From NCBI GenBank assembly GCA_000165425.1, contig CT868540.1:248001-312000 (forward strand): a stretch of 64,000 nucleotides of DNA. Direction: 5' to 3'. The notes beneath the pieces are model-generated. The model searched no databases. It was not told the origin of the DNA and was given only the letters and a program-made list of their open reading frames with translations. The stretch comes from Paramecium tetraurelia (lineage: Eukaryota). Both the position numbers and the translations under genes were made by a program. Of the stretch, positions 54,222-64,000 are shown piece after piece; within the stretch, counting starts at the first letter, position 1, and each line of letters starts with the position of its first letter.

Positions 54222-54710
54222 TATAAAGTTGAGAATAAAATGAACATAAAATGAACTTATAATAATATATTCTATTATAAATTTTCCATCCAACTATGAG
54301 ACAATGGTGCAGAACTAGATATGAGTCTTTAGGAATAACAAAATATATTACCTTTTAATTACCCATCTATTCCTGCTAGTATTTTTTAATTTGATGTAGT
54401 TGATACTATTTTAGTACTGTCTAAAAGAGTCGACAATTCTTTTGTCTCTAATATTATTTCTACAGTTCAATAATGATATTTATTTAACTTTCTTCCTTTA
54501 TTAGAAAATCTTATATGAAGTAATCTTAATAATTCAATTCAATATGAATTACTATCCAATAGTAATCTTAAGTAAAAGCATAGATATTTTTATTCCCTTA
54601 ATAGAAGAGCCAATCTTCAATCTTAATAGAATCTATAGATAAACTCTTTTGGAAAACATAATTTTATTAGCAATATTAGTTCAATTATTAATATAATTTA
54701 ATATAAAGAG

Positions 54711-56653
54711 ATGAGGCCAATTTCATCTGCTCTAAAATTAAAAACTAATGATAGTTAAGAAAAACGACTGAGGAGTGCAGTCTAATTCAAATTAGTAGAC
54801 TCTTAAAAGTAAGAATTAGTGAATAAATTTGGATAGATTAAAGAATGTACTTATAAAGCAATCACAAAATTCCTAATAGTCGTTATCACAACAATCGAGA
54901 TTACAGAGTGGAACAACCTACAACACAACTCAACGAACTGGATATTCTACACACAGAATGAATGAAGCAGAATATGATTCAGGTTCTAGCTCTGCTTTTA
55001 GAGGTCAAATTAAAATGAGATCAACTTTTCATTCAAGCAGAAACAATCTTATCAGAAGAGTGGACTCCCAATTTAGTTTAGACAACAAACACGACTCATC
55101 GCCACAAGAAACCAATAGAACTGCAATACCAGCACCAAAAAATAGACTCTTTCAATAGGGCAGCAGATCTCAATAGAAACAATTGATTGTTACCTAAGAA
55201 AACATTGACTCTAATGAAGTGAAAAGGAGAATGAAATTCGATCCTTAAGTCAAACAATAAGTCATCTATTTTAAAATATTGAATATATCTAATATCGGAT
55301 TAAAAAATTATCTATTTTACCTTTACAAGTAACAAAAACATTTGATGGATTTGGTCAAATCCAAAGCTGAAACTTAAGTAATAATCGCATTTCAATTAGC
55401 TAATTGATTTCTCATAACAAATTTTAACATTCTCCATAGGAACCTTATCTCCAATTGCACTAATTGAAACCCTTACTTTCGCTGCCTCTATGCTGGAATT
55501 AACATCATAACTTGACTGGGCCATCTTTTATCATAATTAAAGCAGAATTATGGCTAATTATGCAAAATAAACAATGGATAAATACAAAATGAAATCTTTG
55601 ATTGGACTAGGAAATTGTTCAATCAAAATGCAACAATATGAGATCGGAATCAAGTTCTTTAAGAAATGTCTACAATATTCGTGGTTAAACAATGACTTAG
55701 ATTATGAAAATGAAGTTTACACAAAACTCGGTGTTTGTTATTATTATCTTGGAGACATCGAAAAAGTATAACTTTTATTTATCAAGTCTAAATATTATCA
55801 TGAAAGAGCCATTACTTATGACTATGAAATTGAGACTTCTCCCTTGCGTTAAATGAGTTCAGATACACTCAAAGTCTTCTTAAATAAAAATTTCAACAGA
55901 AATTATGCTGAATCCATAAATACTCCTCTCCTGAATCGATTAAATCTACCTCTTCCTCAAGATATTTTGTCAATCTCGTAATAAGAAATATAGAATGAAT
56001 CTCTCACGATGATCAATCCTAGAATCTTTAATGAATCCAAGGCCTCGTCGACAAGAAGAAGCTCCATCTTTGAAACTAATCCTCATATTAAATTGTTCTC
56101 CACAATGTAAGTCGATGGACTAAGAATTCAATAAGAGATTTTATCAACTCAAGAATTTGAAGTAGAAGTTTATACTCCTAAACATTCATGTAAAACTTTG
56201 TGATTTATATTTAATAGTTAAGTCGGAAAGCAAGTGCTTTGATTTTATAAGAAATAAAAAAATACATCCTTAGGATATTTTTCATGATATCAAATACAAA
56301 ACTAATCCTTTCATTTTGTAAGATCTTGGAGTGATAAAAGGCTAAAATGATGAAAATCCTATTGAAAACCCTCAGATATATAAATTACCTTTGGATCAAC
56401 AGATTGATATTAGACTGAAAAAGAAGATATATGTGGACATACAAACAAAGTTAAAGAAATTGATGGATTACAAATATCATACTAAAACATAAATGAGGAA
56501 TAAAATTCTGGTAGTAATTTAAATTTAATGAAGATTACACACAAAAATGTTGAGAATGAAAAAAGACATCATGCAGCAGATTAAGTTAAAGTTCTTGAAA
56601 ATGTATCAAAAAATTTTGTAAATCTTATTGAAAATTTGATTAATTTACAATGA
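54711..56653 (+). CDS. Tetratricopeptide-repeat (TPR) protein
   Basis: SLIGLGNCSIKMQQYEIGIKFFKKCLQYSW and VYTKLGVCYYYLGDIEKSKYYHERA TPR units. Several tiny introns. Confidence 0.85.
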
Positions 56654-56719
56654 TTTTTGTATTTGTAAATTTCATACTTTTCATAAAAATTCTTTCAATA
56701 TATTAACATATTTATAGAG

Positions 56720-58351
56720 ATGTATCCGAGATAAATAAAAAAATAAGACAAGCCAAAGCAATCCTCCACTATCTCAGATTTCATTCTGAATAAATTAATA
56801 AGGGAATTCAGCACCAAACCAATAGATACCGAAGTATTTAATAAATGCTAATTAGCTAATTCAATGTTATGTCCATGATTACAGTACTAAATACACCTCC
56901 TTTAGTGAAAGTTGCGTAAGGGCTTTGAAAGCTGAGATAAAAGAAGCAGTCAAGAAATCACAACTAGAAAAAGAAGCGATAATAAAATCCTTAAAATAGC
57001 CATCTAATACTCAATAGTTACAAAATAAGGAAGATAACTAAAACAACGAAAATAACTCTAAATAGAATACAAAAGCCATTACTTAAGGAGAGGAGCAATA
57101 AAAATGTTAAAGCAAGAAAAACCCTGTAGAAATTCCAAGATTAGACTCATTAACATCTGAAAATAAATAGAAATCTGTTTATCAATTGGAGGATGATGAA
57201 TTAGACGAATGGGCAGCTATCATTAAACATGATTCAGCCTTGTATTAGAAAGAACAAGAAGAGAAAAAAAGGAGAGAATAACAATTGAGACACAAATTAA
57301 AAGATGACTTAGATAGACAATTAAAAGAGAAGGAGTAGATAAAAAAAGAAGAAGCCTTGAAAGAAGCTTAATTTAATTATTAACATCAATAAAGGAAATA
57401 GGAATTTGAATAATATGAAAAATAGAAAAAAGAATAGATGAAGCTTAAACAAATAGAAGAAAGGAAATTAAGAGATGAGTAAGTGCAATAAGAGAAGCAT
57501 AAAAGGTAACTCTTATAATCTATTGGATTAGGAGGGAAAGTTAGAAGCAATCAAAATTGTAAGATGATGAGATGCTCTAGTAGCTAAAAAATGAAATAAG
57601 TAGAGAATCTTAAGAATTAAATAAAAAGAGATAGGAATAAAAGGATAAATTTTAATAGATATTGAAGGAGAATGAATAGTTGCGTCATAAGGTAAAATTA
57701 TTAGAATAAAAATAGGCATAAGAGGAACTGAAACTGTAAAAGGAAATAGATACTAAATTGTAATAATAATAATTATAGAAAATGATATAAGATGACGAAA
57801 GAAGAGAATAATAAAAGAGGGATAGGGACGATAAAATCAAATAATTCATGAGTAATTACAGTCATTAGGTGTTGAGTAAATAAAAGGAAAATGAAGAGAA
57901 TGAAGGAAAGTATATGTTGGAGTAATTAAAAAAATAAGAAGAATAAGATAAACAACAATAGTAATATAAGAAATTAAAGGAAAAAGAGAAAATGGAATTA
58001 GTGAAACAATAATTGTAATTGCAAATTTAACAGAAATAACAGAAAAAATTATCAGAAGAGGAAGAATAAAAGTTGCTATTACTCAAACAACAATTAGATC
58101 TCATGAATCACTCTTAAAAAGAAAAAGAAAAATAACTTGTAACTTATTGTAGTTTATTTTAGTCTATCAAAAATAATTATAAATAAAACTAAGAGGATAT
58201 TAAGAAATAAATTGAAGAAAGTAAAAATAAGAGTGCTCATGAAAAAATGTCTAATATGGAACTATTACATAATAAATCTTTATTGAAGAATATTGCATAA
58301 GAATAGGCTGTGAAGACCAAGTTTAGAAAGGTGAATGTGTCAATGAAATGA
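56720..58351 (+). CDS. Charged coiled-coil protein (trichohyalin-like, possibly ciliary)
   Basis: DEWAAIIKHDSALYQKEQEEKKRREQQLRHKLKDDLDRQLKEK and extended K/E/Q/R heptads with tiny introns. Confidence 0.78.
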
Positions 58352-58440
58352 TAGATTTATTAGAATTTGATTCAAAAATATGGTTTTGTTTTTTATTTTT
58401 ATAGTAATAATATATAAGAATAAATAAATATTATTCCGCA

Positions 58441-59034
58441 ATGAATTAGAAAAGCAATAAGGTTTCTCCATCTCAGAAGTCAATAGGATTTAGATTTAAT
58501 TGTGCCATCAATTTAGAGCTGCTTAAAAAATCAACTAGAATGGCATTACTCAAAACGAAGTATCAGTTTCCTGAAGAATCAGATCGAATGAAAATGAAGA
58601 AAAGAACCATAATCATTGGCAAAAATTAATTAGACTCAGAAAAGAAGCTGTCTCCTTTTAAAATCAAATTTTTAGATATTATAAAAACAAGATGTAGTTC
58701 AATTACTGATGATAATAATTAAATGGCAAATAAGATGGTTTTCTAAAAATACTCGAAGCAATTAGATAATATTAACTACGGTAATCCTTAGATTTTTTAG
58801 TCGATTCCCTCATAAAAAGATTCATGTGATAATTTGATTTTCCCTTTTCAAAAGTCGATTTATCCATAAAGGAAACTAGTTAGAAAACACAGAGCAGAGA
58901 CTTAATATACAATTAATAGTTCGATTAATTAACCAAGTCCAAATCTCGAAAAAATAAAGGTCAAGTCTCTAATAGCCATATAAGAGAGATTCGGAGCTAC
59001 GGGTTGGGAAGTCGAACCATCAGATGACTTTTGA
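58441..59034 (+). CDS. Hypothetical protein (197 aa)
   Basis: Uninterrupted frame MNQKSNKVSPSQK...FGATGWEVEPSDDF-TGA. Confidence 0.7.
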
Positions 59035-59379
59035 ATATTGTAATTAAACTCTTTAAAATCTTAGAAATTACCATATTTTTGTAATTTTAATTATTTCAAA
59101 TTTGAGTAATTTAAAAATAATAATATTGACATTCTTAATCGATCTCTGATAATATGAAATAAATAGGTTGAGTTTCTAGTGTTTTGAATCTCTTATTATT
59201 GAGAGACTTCTATTTATATAAATTAGCATTAAGAATTTATGAAATATTTTTATAAAGGTCAAATTAGTATTTCATTCATAAAATCTCAATTATGCAGGAA
59301 TTTTCAGCATTGATTGTGTAAGGTTTAATGATATTAATAAATATATAAAAATTCATTCATCATTCAGAGTTTACTTTGT

Positions 59380-60072
59380 ATGAATATAGCTTAATATTTG
59401 TCGCGTGAAACAACAATTAATTCAGAAGATAACACAATTACAGCTGACCAAAATGTTCATTTACAAAATTAAACCTATTATGATGGGCAAAATCTCTATA
59501 CTTCAAATTAACAAACTGATGATTCTTTTGAAATGCAAATATTGAGTAATTAGCATCCTGAAAATGAATGGATAAAAAAAGAGCAAAATATTGTCAGCTA
59601 TCTGAAATAATTGGGTCTCAAGATGAAAACTGATCCCTTAGAAAAATAGGAGCATTTTTATCAAAAACCTATGAGGCGTCCAAATAAATCCAGTACCACA
59701 TAATTAACTAGTACTTCATAAGTTGATCAATCAAATTTAGAAGATGATAAAGGTAATGCTATACTGCAAAAAATCAGTATAGAAATGAATTCAATAAAAT
59801 AAAGACGAACACCAAATACAACTCCTCAAAGTTCTCCATTAATTATAAATAATTTAGAATAACAGGAACCCATAAAAAAATAAAGAATGTCAATTTTTTA
59901 GAAAATGTAAAATCAGCCTTAAGATGTAACTCCAGATGAAGAAGAAATCGAAAATAATATCATAAGAAATTAGAAATGCATAGAAGATTAAAACAATGAT
60001 CTTGACAAAAGCGATTCAAGCAGTAGTAAAAGTGACACAGAATAAAATTATTTCTAAAATTTGTGTGGATGA
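59380..60072 (+). CDS. Hypothetical low-complexity protein (230 aa)
   Basis: Uninterrupted frame MNIAQYLSRETTINSED...QNYFQNLCG-TGA. Confidence 0.7.
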
Positions 60073-60088
60073 TATGTGAGTAACTATA

Positions 60089-60726
60089 TCATTTTATTCC
60101 TGCTTATTATAGTTTTTAAGTTAACTATTGTATTTTACTGTCTTTTAATTTCACTAATTATTCTAGTTTCTATATTTTAAGTTCAAGTATTTCTATTGTT
60201 TCTTTTTAATCTTAAATAACTAAATCCTTATCATTCTATTTATTGTTTACTCCTGGCTTTGGGTTGTTCACTTAATTTTAATTTTTTTAGACTTCATTTG
60301 GCTTATCATATTTTTACACTTAATTTTATTCTTAGTGTTCCAAAAACATATCTAATTTCACTTATATCACTTTTAAGATTCTTTCTATTGCTTCAGGGAT
60401 TACCTAAATAACTGCATCGATATCTTTCTGAGTAATTTGGAAACCCATCTTTCTAAACACCTATAAATCATGATTCATATTACCTTGGCATTCAATGTAT
60501 TCCAATTATATTATTTTTATTAAACAGAGTGAGCCATACTATAATTGTGTATATCTATTATTGAAGGAACATAGTGTTAAATTATTTCTGCAATTAAAAC
60601 TCCATCGGCAAAATCTCTACCTATGTGTTTTTTGGGTCTCGACAATGGTACAGTATCAACCCAATTGTAAATTTCATTTAATTCATCCTCACTAAGTGGA
60701 GGAGCATCCATTTCCTTACTTTTCAT
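60089..60726 (-). CDS. SPEF1: Sperm flagellar protein 1 / CLAMP (calponin-homology microtubule-binding protein)
   Basis: IYNWVDTVPLSRPKKHIGRDFADGVLIAEII..HNYSMAHSVQQKQYNWNTLN and a C-terminal coiled coil ETIEILELKIQKLEQLVKLKDSKI. Confidence 0.93.
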
Positions 60727-61093
60727 AGTGATATAAATAATTTAAAATTTTTATTATTTAGTTAACTTACAATTCAATAAATACAGATAAATAAATTTGT
60801 TTTCAATCAATAAATCTATGTTAATTTATTTCCTCATTTATATAACTCACTCAAATTTCACTCATTTAATACAATCTAACTAAACAATATTCTTCATACT
60901 AACTTACTATTAAAGAATTGGTTATAATACACATCAAGATTTATCAAGATAAATTGTTAAAGTTCTGATATTTTATTATGTTATTTACTGTCTTTAATGA
61001 ATTTTATCACGTAATTTTAATCCATTAATATTATTAATTTGACTTTTCGGATCTTGTGTTTCAGGTTTAAGTTATAAAAATAAAATATTTATG

Positions 61094-61243
61094 NNNNNNN
61101 NNNNNNNNNNNNNNNNNNNNNNNNNNNNNNNNNNNNNNNNNNNNNNNNNNNNNNNNNNNNNNNNNNNNNNNNNNNNNNNNNNNNNNNNNNNNNNNNNNNN
61201 NNNNNNNNNNNNNNNNNNNNNNNNNNNNNNNNNNNNNNNNNNN
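61094..61243. other. Assembly gap (150 N)
   Basis: Run of n characters. Confidence 1.
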
Positions 61244-61604
61244 ATCTTATCGATATATTGAGAATGTAAATAAACTTCTAATGAAGATAGTCCATTGTAT
61301 TTAAGTTAATAATTAATCAGTGATTTTTGAATTTTTAATTTAATTTGTTTTCTTAAAGAATATCAAAATTATTTAAACGAATGATTCCATATTAATTCAC
61401 ATTTCTATTCGAAATTACTACAATAACATCAGGCTAACAATCATAAAAGCTTTAATGACATAACGGAATAAAGAATCATAAACTTAAAAATCATAAAATA
61501 TTTACAAAAAAACAATAATTATTCTTAGAAAAGGCACTAAAATAAGACAATAAGTTCAGAAATTAAACTAATTTGTAGATAATAATAATAATTCATATTA
61601 TAAA

Positions 61605-62860
61605 TCACTTTATTTCATTTTTTAACATTTAATCATAATATCTTTGTGCCATCGTCTCTCTTAGTTATCCATTTAAAGGCACTGCTTCAGGAACTGGTTA
61701 TAAATTTTTTACAGGAGATCTTATGATCTGTGGAGGGGTTGATTATTAACCTGGCAGACCTGGTCTTACCATAGGTTCTTATAAAACAGGGTGTGGATGA
61801 TAAAACTGCTAAGGATATATTTGCAAAGGTTCAATAGGGACCAGTGGTGGTTGTTAATACAAAACAGGCTATAGAGGCGTGTACTCTCTGATGGCACTAA
61901 AAGGTTGTATAACCCTTGATTGATATTTATTTTGATTAATTGCTTAATTCACAACAGGTTGAGTTTAAACAATTGCTTAAGTTTGCACCATTGGTTAAGC
62001 TTACACTATTTACTAGGTTTATAAAATTGGTTAAACAGTATTAGTTAATTATATTTATTAAATTTAAGAATCCTACACTGGAGCTGTTATGTAAATGTAT
62101 TATTTTAATAAGGTAAGGATTTAGTTTAGATTATCATTAACAACCACTTATCTAATGTTTAATTTTAGTTTATTCAATTATTCAACATGTTCCTAATGAT
62201 TTCTTTAATAAATTGCTTAGGGTGTTTATCTTGGATCTGAATATATCTGAATTAATGGAGGTAAGCACTATATTAATAAATTTTATTTACCTTGTCTGAA
62301 TTGAGTTTTTGTAAATTTTCATGCAAAGTTTTCCATTCCAAATATTCTATTCTGTGTCTGGATCTAACCAACTTAATTAAATCTTGATTTGATTTTTGGG
62401 TTTCAGCTGTAATCGTAGATTCAAGAATTCTAAAATAGTCGTCTATAACCTTATAAAATTGTTTCTTAGCCTCCTAAAACCTTGAGAGCTAAAACTATGA
62501 ATGTTATAGATGCAACTTACCTCCTGTGCCTTTAATACCTCTTCTTAAAAATTACTGGATTCTTAAACATCTATTGCCCAAAGATTAAGATATTCCAATG
62601 ACTTATTATATTATTCAGTCAAGCAATTAGAGAATAAATCAATATCACTTGTTACTCTTTCTTGTTCATGTTCTTCCGAATGAATCTTTATACATTCAGG
62701 ACACATTGGTAAACTGCAATCTCTAAACTATTATTCAAATTTAGTACTGTTTCTTGCAAAAATTTTGAATAGTATAGTCCTCATGAAATCGACAAGGAAT
62801 TTATGGAGTATTTGAGGTTCCAAAATAAATAATCTAATCAGATCTAAGTGTTGAACTCAT
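61605..62860 (-). CDS. B-box-like zinc-finger protein with coiled coil and P/Q/V-rich tail
   Basis: CRFHEDYTIQNFCKKQDCSLPMCPECIKIHSEEH after removing a 25-nt intron, and a repetitive tail of the form Q.IVQAQPMVQTQAIVQTQPVV. Confidence 0.8.
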
Positions 62861-64000
62861 CGTTAAATATAATTTATTTCAATAAAATTAAATAAAATAA
62901 TTAAAATCTAAAATCGTTGAAGAAATAGAACTATTGTACTTATTCCTTGAGCCTAATTCATATTGTAATCTAATAATCTAATTAAATTACTATTTGATGT
63001 TTAATATAGGCTTGATATCATCACCAAAGTAATTTTAGCATTCTCGCCTTTTTAATTTAAATTAATATCGGCAATTTCAAAGTATGCCAACTAATACATC
63101 AGAATTAGTCTCCTTACATGCTTTATTTATTTTAATTTTATAAATTCTGTTTTATATATTTTCTTAATAATATATATAGTTTTAAAATTATAATGCTACA
63201 TTTAGGATGTATAAATTATAATAATAATTCAAATAAGTAAAAAATATTTTGAATCTTGCAGTAATTACACTCTATTGATAGATTTTTCTCTAGCATATGA
63301 AAATATCTTTAGTGATAATTTTCTCAAAGATATTGTTAAATTTTCTTCATTTTTGATTGAATAATTTACATTTAGAAAAAGTAAATCCAAAATATTCTCC
63401 ATTATGATTCATTTTATATTATAAATGATTTATTAGAATTGAAAATTAATTAATAATAATATTCGAGATAGTTTATTTGCCTTAATTAAGTATATATCTA
63501 AAATTGATTGAAAATAATTATTTAATAATTAATGAATTTTGATGCATAAACTGTGTTAGCGACTCAAATTGGTAAAAAAAGAATACTTGAATTAATTCCT
63601 TTTGAGGATAACTTGATAACAGTTTTAAATTACAAGAAAACATTAGCACTTAGAATTTTTGAACAATAATTATCAAAACAAAAAGATTTTGGCAATTCGG
63701 ATTAAAAATTTTGACTTATGTTATGTATCAATAGAGTATTAATATAAAAAATTTAGTAATTCATATCTATAAGTCTTTTAAAAGTCTGATATTTAAAAGT
63801 AATCTCTTTAAAATCGATTTGAGCATATAAAAAAAACATACTTTAAGAATAGATTGGGTTATAGGACCTGATAACTCTATTGAATATAACTGCAATTTTT
63901 TCGAAAACTTAATCAAATAGAAAAGTGCCAAAAGGGATTTTAAAAAATAATTCATAAATAGAAAATAAACTCAAGACATTAAAGCTATTTGTATACTTAT

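Noticed and set aside
61094..61243. N-run as a biological feature
   Set aside because: It is a scaffolding gap.
62900..64000. Possible 3' part of a minus-strand gene at the window end
   Set aside because: I could not build a consistent frame or recognise a domain, so it is left unannotated.

Overview
Very AT-rich, gene-dense eukaryotic DNA that reads as a ciliate macronuclear chromosome segment, most likely Paramecium. TAA/TAG encode Gln and only TGA stops (histone H4 'KR-TAA-GRTLYGF' = KRQGRTLYGF), genes carry tiny 20-33 nt GT-AG introns, and intergenic gaps are often under 100 nt. The supplied standard-code ORF track is therefore mostly fragments or antisense artefacts, and I re-translated by hand with translation table 6. 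About 30 protein genes are visible, including SAM synthetase, coronin, 2-Cys peroxiredoxin, a TBL2-like WD40 protein, a PKA regulatory subunit, CCDC146/MBO2, VPS29, succinyl-CoA ligase alpha, a kinesin, a cyclin, RPL26, histone H4, a NEK kinase, two membrane RING-H2 ligases, a TPR protein and SPEF1. There are also four identical tRNA-Asp(GTC) genes and one 150-N gap. The most notable observations are: the dispersed tRNA-Asp quartet with mosaic shared flanks; an Aurora kinase with three independent disabling lesions; a cyclin with three frameshifts all in an AAGC context; several unusual protein architectures (a giant multipass membrane protein, an EGF-TM-RING ligase, a VHS-like plus adaptin-ear protein, a CaaX-tailed beta-helix protein); and extremely compact divergent and convergent gene pairs. 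I found no CRISPR, transposase, viral gene or telomeric repeat, and no multi-gene novel system I can firmly support. Coordinates were read by eye and CDS spans include introns.
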